Position numbers and translations under genes: made by a program. The notes under the pieces were generated by a model that had not been told where the DNA came from, ran no database searches, and saw only the letters and a list, made by a program, of their open reading frames with translations. This document shows, piece after piece, positions 9,544-19,996 of a DNA stretch of 64,000 nt; within the stretch, counting starts at the first letter, position 1, and every line of letters starts with the position of its first letter. The stretch is taken from the IMG/VR virus record IMGVR_UViG_3300044611_001420, one strand, 5' to 3'. The stretch is from a virus.

Positions 9544-10395
9544 ATGGTGGTGACAAAAACTTTAATAGCAAATTTTGATAAAAAAAATAAAGAAAATATA
9601 GAGATACGAGAAAAAACCGAAATGCAAAATCATCCATTTGAATTGATGGAAACAAAACACGGAAACCTCATTATAAACAAATTTGATGAATTATCTCCTT
9701 TTTGGGGAGTTGGTAGTCAAATTATGAGAAGGGGATATTATGATATGCCAGAAATCAACCTTACAAAAGAAATATTGATACAATCAAGAAAAAAATATGG
9801 TGATGGTGTAATTGCTTTAGATTGTGGGGCAAATATTGGAGTCCATTCTGTTGAATGGGGAAAATTAATGAATGGGTGGGGATCGGTATATTCTTTTGAA
9901 GCTCAAACACCAATATATTATGCTTTATGTGGTTCTTTAGTTTTGAACAGTTGCTTTAATGTTACAGCAAAAAATATTGCTCTTGGTAAAACAAATGGAC
10001 ATATAGGAGTTCCAAATATTAATTATTTCAAAAATAGTTCTTTTGGTAGTGTTGAAATCAAAAAAAGAGAAAATACGGAATGGATTGGGCAAGAAATAAA
10101 TTACAATAATACTTATGAGATTCCTTTATCTACAATTGATTCTTTTAATTTTGAAAGAATTGATTTAATAAAAGTTGATGTTGAAGGAATGGAAGAGGAT
10201 GTTTTTGGTGGTTTTTTAACTACTATTGAAAAATTAAAACCAACAATATTTTTTGAACATTCTAAATCTAATAAAAATTGTTTAGAATTAATTTTAAAAA
10301 GTCGGGGATATGATATTCAGTATGAAGGAAACAATGCTCTTGCTACTCATAATGAATCTCAAATTACTATAAATTTATCTGATTTTACCTTATAA
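9544..10395 (+). CDS. FkbM-family methyltransferase
   Basis: LDCGANIG, SFEA, IKVDVEGME. Confidence 0.9.
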   Translation: MVVTKTLIANFDKKNKENIEIREKTEMQNHPFELMETKHGNLIINKFDELSPFWGVGSQIMRRGYYDMPEINLTKEILIQSRKKYGDGVIALDCGANIGVHSVEWGKLMNGWGSVYSFEAQTPIYYALCGSLVLNSCFNVTAKNIALGKTNGHIGVPNINYFKNSSFGSVEIKKRENTEWIGQEINYNNTYEIPLSTIDSFNFERIDLIKVDVEGMEEDVFGGFLTTIEKLKPTIFFEHSKSNKNCLELILKSRGYDIQYEGNNALATHNESQITINLSDFTL

Positions 10396-11240
10396 TGAAA
10401 ATATGCTTCTCTGATTTTTGGTCTCCTTTTGATCCAAATAATAATTTTTTCATTCACACTCTAAGAGAATTATTTGAAGATATTCAAATAGTAAATCCAG
10501 AAGATGCTGATGTAATGTTTTTCAGTGTCTTTGGGAATGAAAATAAATTGTATAAGAATTGTAAAAAAATATTTTTTACTGGAGAAAATATAAGACCAAA
10601 TTTTAAAACGTGTGATTATTCCTTAACTTTTGATTTTGAAAGTTATGATGGTAAAAATTTTAGACTGCCTCTTTGGTATCTTTATATTGACTGGTTTAAA
10701 GTAAAAACCTATGATAATCCTCAATGGTTAATTCCTGAGGATTATCTTTACGGTAAAAATGAATATTCACTAAAAGAAAAAAATAAGTTTTGTTCTATTG
10801 TTTATGGGAAACAAGTTGATTCTAGAATCAATGCAATTCAAAATATTTCCAGATATAAAAAAGTAGATATTTTTGGAAAAGCAAATCCAAATTATCATTT
10901 ACCTGATGGAGAAAAATATAAATTGGATTTAATTTCTAATTATAAATTTTCTCTTTGTTATGAAAATTCCGTAACTCCTGGTTATCATACTGAAAAACTT
11001 TTGCACGGAAAAGTAGCAGGAAATATTCCAATTTATTATGGTGACAAAACTGTTTGTAAAGATTTTAATTCAAAGTGTTTTGTTAATACAGTAAATATGT
11101 CTGATGAAGAATTGATTGAAACAATTAAACAAATTGATACAAATAAAGAATTGTATGATAGAATGAATTCTGAACCTTTATTTGAAAATAAAATTTCTCT
11201 TGAACCATTAATTAAAAATCTTTATAAAATTTTAAAATGA
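10395..11240 (+). CDS. Alpha-1,3-fucosyltransferase-like (GT10)
   Basis: FFTGEN.RP, YKFSLCYENS..PGY.TEK, IPIYYG. Confidence 0.88.
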   Translation: MKICFSDFWSPFDPNNNFFIHTLRELFEDIQIVNPEDADVMFFSVFGNENKLYKNCKKIFFTGENIRPNFKTCDYSLTFDFESYDGKNFRLPLWYLYIDWFKVKTYDNPQWLIPEDYLYGKNEYSLKEKNKFCSIVYGKQVDSRINAIQNISRYKKVDIFGKANPNYHLPDGEKYKLDLISNYKFSLCYENSVTPGYHTEKLLHGKVAGNIPIYYGDKTVCKDFNSKCFVNTVNMSDEELIETIKQIDTNKELYDRMNSEPLFENKISLEPLIKNLYKILK

Positions 11241-11962
11241 ATTTACATTTAATTTCGTTCTGTTCACCAGAAAAAAAATATGCTTTTACTAAGAATCGAT
11301 TTTATAATGAAGCATTGAATTTGGGAGTTTTTAAATCTATTAATTTGTTCTCTGAAAAAAATTGTTTTGATTATTGTAGTGAACTTTTAGAACATAAAAA
11401 TTTTATGGAATCCACAAGAGCATATGGATTTTGGATTTGGAAAATTTTTTTAATATCTGAATTAATGAAATCAATTCCAGAAGATGATGTTATTTGTTAT
11501 GCTGATATTGGATGTACTTTTAATATTAATGGAAAAAAAAGAATGTATGAGTATTATGACATTGTAATGGAAAATGGTTCTTTGTGCTTTGATACTTTAT
11601 ATCTAGAAATAGAATATACAAAATCAGATACATACTTTAAAATATTTCCAAATGATCAAAAATATTTGTATACAAATCATAAATGTGCAACTGCCTACTT
11701 TTTGAAAAATAATAAAAAAAATAGATTATTTATTGATGAATTTAAATCAATGAGCACAGAAAATAATTATCATTATATTGATGATTCGGCATCTACCTTA
11801 AAAAATAATATTTTATTCAAAGATCATAGATACGATCAATCTATTTTTTCACTTTTAAGCAAGAAATATAATTTTCATTGCATTCCAGATGAAACATATT
11901 GGCACCCAAACTGGAATGTAGATGGAAAACAATATCCAATATGGGCAACAAGAATACGATAA
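11237..11962 (+). CDS. Putative glycosyltransferase (GT-A-like)
   Basis: GFWIWK, YADIGC, HRYDQS motifs; island context. Confidence 0.55.
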   Translation: MNLHLISFCSPEKKYAFTKNRFYNEALNLGVFKSINLFSEKNCFDYCSELLEHKNFMESTRAYGFWIWKIFLISELMKSIPEDDVICYADIGCTFNINGKKRMYEYYDIVMENGSLCFDTLYLEIEYTKSDTYFKIFPNDQKYLYTNHKCATAYFLKNNKKNRLFIDEFKSMSTENNYHYIDDSASTLKNNILFKDHRYDQSIFSLLSKKYNFHCIPDETYWHPNWNVDGKQYPIWATRIR

Positions 11963-11971
11963 AGGAATTTT

Positions 11972-12760
11972 ATGATTTATATTACTGGGTCTAGTGGATT
12001 AATTGGAAAAAGATTTTTAGAATTGTCTAAATATCCAATTACCAAAGTTTCATATCGAGATGAACCTCAAGATGTATTTGATTCCCATGAAAATTCATGT
12101 CTCCTTCATTTGGCATGGTCTTCACTTGCAAGAAATACTTACGATGAATTTGAGAAATTTATAAAAAATGATGTAATTAATAGTAAAAAAATATTTGATT
12201 TTTATTCAAAGAAAAATCCAAATGGAAAAATTATTTTTATTTCTACTGCTGGTGGGTTATATGTAAATCATGAAAGAACAGTTGATGAAAATTCATTGGT
12301 AAATCCAAATACCCTTTATGGTGATCTTAAATTACAAGTTGAAAATATTTTAAAAACAGTTGAGTGTAATACACTTTCATTAAGAGTATCTAATGTGTGG
12401 GGAGGAAAATCACTACCATCAAATAGAATTAATGGTTTAGTTGATAAACTTCTTAGTAGTGTAAATACAGATAATGTCATAGATTTATATACAAATTTTG
12501 ATACTAGAATAGATATAATACATGTTGATGATTTAGTGGATTTAATTGAAAAGTGTATAGAAAAAAATTTTCATATCAAACATGATATGTTTGTAATTGG
12601 ATCTCAAAGCTTGACCATTAAACAACTTTTGGATATAGTTACTTCATCGGGATATTTAAATCTTAAACTTTCCAAAAAACAGGTTAAATCTTATCTTCAT
12701 GTAGAACCTCGTAGAGCATTAAATGTATTTGATTGGAAACCTAAAAATAAATTAATATAA
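11972..12760 (+). CDS. NAD-dependent epimerase/dehydratase
   Basis: ITGSSGLIG, YGDLK, LRVSNVWG, DIIHVDD. Confidence 0.85.
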   Translation: MIYITGSSGLIGKRFLELSKYPITKVSYRDEPQDVFDSHENSCLLHLAWSSLARNTYDEFEKFIKNDVINSKKIFDFYSKKNPNGKIIFISTAGGLYVNHERTVDENSLVNPNTLYGDLKLQVENILKTVECNTLSLRVSNVWGGKSLPSNRINGLVDKLLSSVNTDNVIDLYTNFDTRIDIIHVDDLVDLIEKCIEKNFHIKHDMFVIGSQSLTIKQLLDIVTSSGYLNLKLSKKQVKSYLHVEPRRALNVFDWKPKNKLI

Positions 12761-12795
12761 AATTTTGATAATTAAAAAAAAATCTGGAGATTAAA

Positions 12796-13479
12796 ATGGG
12801 ACTTGATATTCAAAATATTAGATTATTAAATCATTGCCATCAATATGGTGATTTTAAAGATACATTAACGATTGGCAGGCAAACAATTTTTGTACATGAG
12901 GAACAATTAAAATATCTTTTAGAAGATGACTCTTTAAGTGGGATTAAATGTGGTGAAAGTTATTGTGAGAATGTATTCATTAGTAATTATGGTTCTACTA
13001 AAGTAGATTCTATTGATTATTGTGATTATGAAGGGTGTACAATAGTTCATGACATGAACATTCCAATTCAAAATAGTATGCAAAAATATGACACAATTTT
13101 TGATGGTGGAAGTTTAGAACATATATTTAATATAAATCAAGCATTAAAAAATGTATCCTTAATGTGTAAACCTGGAGGGCAAATCATCCATTCGTTGCCA
13201 GCAAATAATCAATGTGGGCATGGATTTTGGCAATTTTCTCCCGAATTATTTTTATCATTGTACTCAGAAAAAAATGGTTATTCTGATACCGAAGTTTACA
13301 TTGCTAGTGTTCATAGGCATGATGATATATTGAAGGTAGAACCACATAATGCAAATGGTAGGATTGAAATAAACATAGAAGGTCCTTCTTATCTTTGGGT
13401 GAGAACGGTTTTAAAAAAAGATTCATTTAATCATGATGGTATCCAGCAGGTTGATTATGAAAGTAATTATTGGGTTTAA
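12796..13479 (+). CDS. Class I SAM-dependent methyltransferase-like protein
   Basis: YDTIFDGGSLEHIFN, KPGG, HGFWQFSPE. Confidence 0.7.
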   Translation: MGLDIQNIRLLNHCHQYGDFKDTLTIGRQTIFVHEEQLKYLLEDDSLSGIKCGESYCENVFISNYGSTKVDSIDYCDYEGCTIVHDMNIPIQNSMQKYDTIFDGGSLEHIFNINQALKNVSLMCKPGGQIIHSLPANNQCGHGFWQFSPELFLSLYSEKNGYSDTEVYIASVHRHDDILKVEPHNANGRIEINIEGPSYLWVRTVLKKDSFNHDGIQQVDYESNYWV

Positions 13480-13533
13480 AAATATTTAACTTGGTTAAAT
13501 GGATAAATTAATTAAAAATATAAGGAGTTTTTT

Positions 13534-14172
13534 GTGAATTATAAAAGACAATCGGAATTGCCATATCCACAACCTTGGGAATGGGTAAAAGATAATATTG
13601 ATTTTTATGGTGATGATTTATTTTTTGTCGATATTGGTGCTCATGATGGAATAGATTGTTCTAACACTGCTTTTTTTGAAATGAATTTGGGGTGGAATGG
13701 TATTTGTATTGAACCTCATCCAGATGTGTATTTGAAACTAGAAGAAAATAGAAAATGCATAAAATATAATTGTTGTATTTCCGATAAAGAAGGAGAATGT
13801 GATTTTCTTGTTATAAGTGGATATTCTGAAATGTTGAGTGGTATTTATTCTGAATATGATCAAAAACATATAGACAGGATAGAAAAAGAAATTAATTTGT
13901 ATGGTGGATCTAAAAAAAATGTAAAAATAAAATCTAGAAATTTAAATAATATTTTAAATGAAAATAATATTAAAAAAGTTGATTACTTGAGTGTAGATAC
14001 AGAAGGATCTGAATTTAACATTATTAAGTCTATTGATTTTAGTAAAACTGACATTAGTATTATTAGTGTGGAAAATAATGGATATAATAATTTTGTCAGG
14101 GAATATTTGGAAAATAATGGATATCAATTTTTAACTAAATGTTGTTGTGATGAAATATATTGCAAAAAATAA
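13534..14172 (+). CDS. FkbM-family methyltransferase
   Basis: FVDIGAHDG..SNT, GICIEP, LSVDTEGSE. Confidence 0.9.
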   Translation: MNYKRQSELPYPQPWEWVKDNIDFYGDDLFFVDIGAHDGIDCSNTAFFEMNLGWNGICIEPHPDVYLKLEENRKCIKYNCCISDKEGECDFLVISGYSEMLSGIYSEYDQKHIDRIEKEINLYGGSKKNVKIKSRNLNNILNENNIKKVDYLSVDTEGSEFNIIKSIDFSKTDISIISVENNGYNNFVREYLENNGYQFLTKCCCDEIYCKK

Positions 14173-14186
14173 AAATTTTTTGCTGC

Positions 14187-14215
14187 TTGACTATTAGTTA
14201 AACCCATAGTATTAT
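14187..14215 (+). promoter_or_regulatory. Sigma70-type promoter inside the glycan island
   Basis: TTGACT-17 bp-TATTAT in an intergenic gap. Confidence 0.5.
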
Positions 14216-14237
14216 TTCTTTGTATCTATTAAAATTT

Positions 14238-14843
14238 ATGTCCGAATATCCTAATTTTAAACACAATCATTTTCTTGATGATTATCTTGGCAATAAAGCA
14301 AAAATTAAACTTATTATACTTGATGTTGATGGTGTATTGACTGATGGGACAAAAGTTTATGATAGGGATCACAATCCCATCCACAAAAAATTTCGATGTA
14401 AAGATTTTACAGCAATCAAAAGATTTATTGCTGCTGGAGTTAAAATTATTATGCTTTCAGGAGATGCTTGGAATCGTGATATGGCACAAAAACGAAATAT
14501 TCCTTTCTACTGCACTCGTGGTAGTGATTTGAGCCTTGATAAGTCCAGATATATTCCTTACCTTGAGAGTAATTACGATGTGAAATCTGAAAACATGGCA
14601 TTCGTTGGTGATGATTATTTTGATCTATCTATGTTCAAAAAACTGTTCTGGTCTTTCTGTCCCTCAGATGCACCACAGATTATCAAGGATAACTCACACT
14701 ATGTTCTCAATGCAAAAGGTGGTGAAGGAGTTATTGTAGAACTCTATGATTTCCTTGTGATGAAAGGTATTGTTTCTGAATCTACAGAAGAAGAAGTTGT
14801 AGAACTTGATAAGAAAGAATCGTCCAGTGCAGATATGAAGTGA
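14238..14843 (+). CDS. HAD phosphatase, KdsC/YrbI-like
   Basis: LDVDGVLTDG, LSG, K, FVGDD..D, GGEGVI.E. Confidence 0.85.
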   Translation: MSEYPNFKHNHFLDDYLGNKAKIKLIILDVDGVLTDGTKVYDRDHNPIHKKFRCKDFTAIKRFIAAGVKIIMLSGDAWNRDMAQKRNIPFYCTRGSDLSLDKSRYIPYLESNYDVKSENMAFVGDDYFDLSMFKKLFWSFCPSDAPQIIKDNSHYVLNAKGGEGVIVELYDFLVMKGIVSESTEEEVVELDKKESSSADMK

Positions 14844-15520
14844 TGTGTAAAAGTATTACTTTGTACGGTCATCTGACTGTAGATCGAATATTGATTGATT
14901 TTAATGAAACTTTTTCTCTTGGTGGAATTGCTAATGTTTGGTCTGGTCTTGTTTCACTTGGTCATGGGTTGAATGTTAATATTGAACCCTTATCAATTGG
15001 TCATGCTCTTATCTTAGTTGATAGAAAAAATAATTATAGAGTTGGTAGAGGTTGTTTAAACATCAAAGAAAACAAAACAACTAATGTTGATTCTGATTGG
15101 CATCATATTTCATACATCAACCAACTTAAAGATACATTATTTTTATCTAAGTTAAATGGTGTAGTCTCTGTGGATATAACAAAAGAGCAACCAGAAAATT
15201 GTATCTCGGTGCTTCAATATATTGATTATCTTTTTATTGCGAAAGAAGATTTATTTATGGAAATTAAAGAATTGGGGTCTCTAGTAAAGAAATATGCAAT
15301 TATGCATCACCCAAGAGGTAGTGTTTTTTCTGATGGAAATACTGTACAAAAATATGATTTACCAGAAGAACTATATCTTTCTGATGTAAATGTTCTTGGT
15401 GCAGGAGATTATTTTGCTTCTGGATTTATTCATTCTATGACTAATGGGTGTGAAATAAAAGAGTCTATAGTTAATGCACATGAAGTTGCAAGTAAATTAA
15501 TTAAAAAAAATCTTTTATGA
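14840..15520 (+). CDS. PfkB-family carbohydrate kinase
   Basis: LGGIANV and V.GAGDYFASGFI signature. Confidence 0.8.
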   Translation: MMCKSITLYGHLTVDRILIDFNETFSLGGIANVWSGLVSLGHGLNVNIEPLSIGHALILVDRKNNYRVGRGCLNIKENKTTNVDSDWHHISYINQLKDTLFLSKLNGVVSVDITKEQPENCISVLQYIDYLFIAKEDLFMEIKELGSLVKKYAIMHHPRGSVFSDGNTVQKYDLPEELYLSDVNVLGAGDYFASGFIHSMTNGCEIKESIVNAHEVASKLIKKNLL

Positions 15521-16248
15521 AAAAATATAATTTACTTATTCCTATGGTTGGAAGAGGTCAAAGATTTCGTGATGCTGGATTTTCAATTCCTAAACAATTG
15601 ATTCAGGTTGGTCATCAACAAATGATTGACTGGAGTATGTCGTGCATTAAAAGAGAAGATTGTAATCAAATTTTTGTAATTCGTAGAGACACAGTTGATG
15701 TTAATGGGATGGATGCTGTTTTGAAAAGTAAGTTTGGTGATGATATAAAAATTGTTATTGCCGAAAATGAAACTAATGGAACAGTTTCTTCTTGTTTGCT
15801 TGCAGAAAACTATATCAATAATGAGTTGCCAATAACTATTACGACACTTGATATGTATTTTGAACCTCACTTTGATCCAAGTCAGGTTGCAAATTCTGAT
15901 GGTGTAGTTCTTACGTTTAATTCTGAAAATCCTGCATATAGTTATTCGCAAGTTGGTGATGATGGGTATGTAATTAGAACTGCGGAGAAAGAAGTAATTA
16001 GCAATCATGCACATGCTGGTCTTTATCATTTTGCAAAAGGATCAACTTTTGTAAGACTTGCAAAGGAAATGATCGAAAGAAATATTAGAGTTAAAAATGA
16101 GTTTTATGTAGCACCACTCTATAATCTTTTTATCGAAGAAGGTATGAAAATTTCCATTCAACCTATTGAACGATTGTGGTCCATGGGAACTCCTGATGAA
16201 AGAAAATATTTTTTGGATAATGAATATGAAAATCTTCAAAATCGATGA
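15517..16248 (+). CDS. Sugar nucleotidyltransferase (NTP_transferase)
   Basis: IPM.GRGQRF..AGF..PKQLI, AEK..IS, NEFYVAP.YN, GTP. Confidence 0.85.
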   Translation: MKKYNLLIPMVGRGQRFRDAGFSIPKQLIQVGHQQMIDWSMSCIKREDCNQIFVIRRDTVDVNGMDAVLKSKFGDDIKIVIAENETNGTVSSCLLAENYINNELPITITTLDMYFEPHFDPSQVANSDGVVLTFNSENPAYSYSQVGDDGYVIRTAEKEVISNHAHAGLYHFAKGSTFVRLAKEMIERNIRVKNEFYVAPLYNLFIEEGMKISIQPIERLWSMGTPDERKYFLDNEYENLQNR

Positions 16249-16543
16249 CATGAAAGGTGGATGGTTTGTTGGTGATTTTGAACCATCTACTTTTAAGAAT
16301 CCTTTTTTTGAGGTCGCACACCATCAACATAAGAAGGGTAGGGGTCAACCTCATGTCCATAAAGTCACCACTGAATTGACTTATATTATAGAAGGAGAAA
16401 TGTTAGTTTCTGGTCAACATCTTGAGAGTGGTGATATGTGGATCTATGATAAAAATGAAGTTGCTGATGTCGAGAATCTAACTAATGTCAGTCTTATTGT
16501 AGTTCGTTGGCCTTCTGTTCCTTCGGATAAGTATTTGGTATGA
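16226..16543 (+). CDS. Cupin-domain protein
   Basis: GGWFVGDFEP, H.HK..TE....G. Confidence 0.7.
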   Translation: MKIFKIDDMKGGWFVGDFEPSTFKNPFFEVAHHQHKKGRGQPHVHKVTTELTYIIEGEMLVSGQHLESGDMWIYDKNEVADVENLTNVSLIVVRWPSVPSDKYLV

Positions 16544-16995
16544 AATTCATAGCACATAGGGGAAATATCTCTGGACCAAATCCTTTAAAAGAAAATAAAC
16601 CAGAATATATTGATGCAGCAATTCAATCTGGATTTGATGTGGAAGTTGATGTTAGATTACTTAATAATAAATTTTACTTAGGTCATGATGAATCTCAATA
16701 TTATATTTCTACTACTTGGTTAAATGAAAGAATTAATTTACTTTGGATACATTGTAAAGATTTAAATACTCTTGAATTTTTTTCTAATAGTCGAAAAAGT
16801 TTTAATTATTTTTGGCATCAAAAAGATGATTTTGCGTTAACGAGTAAAAAATATATCTGGACTTATCCTGGAGAAGCATACACTTCAAAATCTGTTATTG
16901 TAATGCCAGAGTCTAATCCTAATATTGATTTTAATATTTTAAAGATGTATAATTGTTTTGGTATTTGTAGTGATTATGTGGAAAGTATAAAATGA
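16540..16995 (+). CDS. GDPD/PLC-like phosphodiesterase-fold protein
   Basis: IAHRG, EN, VEVDV, LGHD, WIHCK, GICSD. Confidence 0.75.
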   Translation: MKFIAHRGNISGPNPLKENKPEYIDAAIQSGFDVEVDVRLLNNKFYLGHDESQYYISTTWLNERINLLWIHCKDLNTLEFFSNSRKSFNYFWHQKDDFALTSKKYIWTYPGEAYTSKSVIVMPESNPNIDFNILKMYNCFGICSDYVESIK

Positions 16996-17711
16996 AAATT
17001 GCTCTTTGTTTGTCTGGCCGTCCTTCGTATTTAAAAAAAGGATATGAGTCTTTATATGATAAAATTTTATCAAAATATAATGTGGATTGTTTTGTGCATA
17101 CTTGGTGGGATCCAGGACAAGAAAATACTACGGCATATTTTGCTCCAAATTTATCATATGGAAGAAAGTATATTTGGGAACCTGATACTTTAGAGTTTAT
17201 TCAAAAAAAATATAATCCTAAAATATTTTTAAATGAACCTCAATTGATATTTGAACCTTATTCTGAAGTTAATTATGGAATGGGATCTTCACATCATATA
17301 CATAGTTTCATGTACTCTTTATACTACTCTAATCAATTAAAAAAATTTTATGAAGAAAAAAATAGTTTTAAATATGATTTAGTCATACGAAGTAGATTTG
17401 ATGTGATTTTAGAAAAATTTGATATTTGTTTAAATGAAATTGATTCAAATTATGTCTATTCTGGATCTGCTGCTCCAGACCCTAATATAAAAAAAATAAT
17501 AAAAAGTGATTTTTCTTTTGGGTCATCCAAATGTATGGATGTTTATTCTTCTATTTTTCCTAATTTTGATTATTGTTTTAAGAATATAGATAAACTGGGT
17601 GGTATATTTGTTCCTGAAAACTTAATATCTTTTATTTTGGATGAAAATAATATCCCAAAAAAATTTATTGATGAGTATGTGATAGATAAACTTATTTTGG
17701 ATAAAGAATGA
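16992..17711 (+). CDS. Putative glycan-modifying protein
   Basis: MKIALCLSG..R, FVHTW, YDLVIRSRFD; typical of polysaccharide loci. Confidence 0.55.
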   Translation: MKIALCLSGRPSYLKKGYESLYDKILSKYNVDCFVHTWWDPGQENTTAYFAPNLSYGRKYIWEPDTLEFIQKKYNPKIFLNEPQLIFEPYSEVNYGMGSSHHIHSFMYSLYYSNQLKKFYEEKNSFKYDLVIRSRFDVILEKFDICLNEIDSNYVYSGSAAPDPNIKKIIKSDFSFGSSKCMDVYSSIFPNFDYCFKNIDKLGGIFVPENLISFILDENNIPKKFIDEYVIDKLILDKE

Positions 17712-18658
17712 AAATAGCATTTCATGATAATTCTCTTTGTTTGAGAGGAACAACTGTAGTAATTTACGACTGGGCATATTGGACTAGGCATTATCTTAAT
17801 GTTGAACCAGTTATTATGTTCAATATAAAAAATAGTGTTAATGATAAACGTGTCATTAAAAAATTTGAAAAAGAATTTCCTGTTTTTGGATATGAAGATA
17901 AAAGTGAAATTGACAAAATCTTAGATAAAAATAAATGTGATTCTTTTTTTATGATAAAAGGAGGTGAACCTGATGGTGTTATTTCCTCAAGTGCTAAAAA
18001 TTTAATAAATTCAGTATCTGGATGGTGGAAACCAGAATGGATTCATGGTGATGTTTATGCTATGGGATCCAAATGGTTATCAAAAATAACTGATTATAAA
18101 ATACCTTATGTTCCTCATATAGTTCATCTTCCAGACCATAGTTTTGATATGAGAGATGAATTGGGAATTCCTAAAGATGCATTGGTTTTTGGAAGAAATG
18201 GTGGATGGGATACCTTTGATCTTCCATTTGTAAAGCAATCAATTGTAGAAACTTTAGAAAAAAGGAATGATATTTGGTTTGTTTTTCAATATACAGAACC
18301 TTTTTATAAACATGAACGAATAATATACCTCAATCCAACTGCCGATTTGAATGAAAAGGTAAGATTCATTAATACTTCAGATGTAATGATACACGCAAGA
18401 AATATTGGAGAATCTTTTGGATTATCTTGTGCAGAATTCTCAATTAGAAATAAACCTGTAATAACATATTATAATTCTCTTGAAAGAAATCATATAGATA
18501 CATTAGGAGAAAAAGGAATCTATTATGAAAATAAAAAAGATATAGATCACATTTTATTGAATATAGATAAAAATGAAATAAATCGATTGGAATGGAATTG
18601 CTATAAGGACCATTCTCCTGAAAATTTGGTACAAAAATTTAAAGAAATTTACTTATGA
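17708..18658 (+). CDS. GT-B (GT4-like) glycosyltransferase
   Basis: RGTTV..YD; HAR..GESFGLSCAEF....KPVI. Confidence 0.75.
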   Translation: MKIAFHDNSLCLRGTTVVIYDWAYWTRHYLNVEPVIMFNIKNSVNDKRVIKKFEKEFPVFGYEDKSEIDKILDKNKCDSFFMIKGGEPDGVISSSAKNLINSVSGWWKPEWIHGDVYAMGSKWLSKITDYKIPYVPHIVHLPDHSFDMRDELGIPKDALVFGRNGGWDTFDLPFVKQSIVETLEKRNDIWFVFQYTEPFYKHERIIYLNPTADLNEKVRFINTSDVMIHARNIGESFGLSCAEFSIRNKPVITYYNSLERNHIDTLGEKGIYYENKKDIDHILLNIDKNEINRLEWNCYKDHSPENLVQKFKEIYL

Positions 18659-19299
18659 ATATACAAGATTATTTAAGAGAATTGAGTAAAAATTATAAAC
18701 CTACTTCAATATTGGATATTGGAGCACATCACGGAGAATTTTCTAAATTTTGCAAGTCACTTTGGGAAGATGTGGACTTATTGATGTTGGAAGGTAATGA
18801 TGAATGCGAATTCGTTTTAGATCAATTGCCATTTGATCATTGTATTGTTCTTTTGAGCGATACTAATAAAGAAGTTACTTTATATTTGAATCCAAATAAC
18901 TTAAGTTGTACTGGAACTTCTTATTATAAAGAAAGAACAAGACATTATAAAAATAGTATAGAAGTTAAGAAAAATACATATACTCTAGATGAAGTTATAG
19001 AAGATATTAATAAAAAATATGATGTAATTAAGATTGATACTCAAGGATCTGAATTGGATATCATAAAAGGTGGATTGAAAACAGTTCAGAATTGTTCTTA
19101 TTTGATAATGGAAGTTCCTATTCTTCAATATAATGAAGGAAGTCCTTTGTTTGATGAAATAGTTGAATATATGAATAGTATTGGATTTTCTGATCATGAA
19201 ATTATTGAAGAACATATTTGGAAAGATCCAAATGAAGATGAATTTGAATGTGGTCAAATTTTTCAATTAGATGTTGTTTTTAAAAAATTAAAAAATTAA
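18655..19299 (+). CDS. FkbM-family methyltransferase
   Basis: LDIGAHHG, IKIDTQGSEL. Confidence 0.9.
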   Translation: MNIQDYLRELSKNYKPTSILDIGAHHGEFSKFCKSLWEDVDLLMLEGNDECEFVLDQLPFDHCIVLLSDTNKEVTLYLNPNNLSCTGTSYYKERTRHYKNSIEVKKNTYTLDEVIEDINKKYDVIKIDTQGSELDIIKGGLKTVQNCSYLIMEVPILQYNEGSPLFDEIVEYMNSIGFSDHEIIEEHIWKDPNEDEFECGQIFQLDVVFKKLKN

Positions 19300-19318
19300 A
19301 AATAAAAGGAGTTATTTT

Positions 19319-19990
19319 ATGCAATCTTATGGTTTAAATGAATTAGATTTAAAATTATTAAAGTATATTGATTATAAAAATGGATTTTTTATAGAAGCTG
19401 GTGCTAATGATGGGATTTCACAATCAAATACCGCTTTGTATGAGTTTCATTATGGTTGGAAAGGGTTATTGGTAGAACCAATTTATAACAAATATCTTGA
19501 TTGTAAAAAAAATAGAAAAAATTCTATAGTTGAACATTGCGATCTTGTCGGTAAAAATTATAATAAAAAAACTATAAGAGGAAATTTTGATGAAACTGGA
19601 TATGCTGAAAGTTTAACCGCATGTGTTTGTGATGATGGAGATTATAATGATGATAGGTTGGTGGAACTTAAACAAAATTTAATTGAGAATAATCAATGGG
19701 CAAAGGATAATGGATACCATCCAATTGTTGAAGTGCCTGCGATTACTATTGGAGAATTGCTAAAAAAACACAAAATAGAAAAAATAGACCTTTTTTCTTT
19801 GGATGTTGAAGGATATGAAATTTCAGCATTGAATGGACTTGACTTTTTGATAAATAGACCAAAGTATTTTTTGATTGAAATGACTTATGATGAAAGAAAA
19901 AAAGCAATTACAGAATATATGATGAGTAAAAATTATAAAATGGTCGAATATTTTACACAAAACGATTGTTTGTGGATTGATGGTAAATGA
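19319..19990 (+). CDS. FkbM-family methyltransferase
   Basis: FIEAGANDG..QSNT, GLLVEP, SLDVEGYE. Confidence 0.9.
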   Translation: MQSYGLNELDLKLLKYIDYKNGFFIEAGANDGISQSNTALYEFHYGWKGLLVEPIYNKYLDCKKNRKNSIVEHCDLVGKNYNKKTIRGNFDETGYAESLTACVCDDGDYNDDRLVELKQNLIENNQWAKDNGYHPIVEVPAITIGELLKKHKIEKIDLFSLDVEGYEISALNGLDFLINRPKYFLIEMTYDERKKAITEYMMSKNYKMVEYFTQNDCLWIDGK

Positions 19991-19996
19991 AATATT

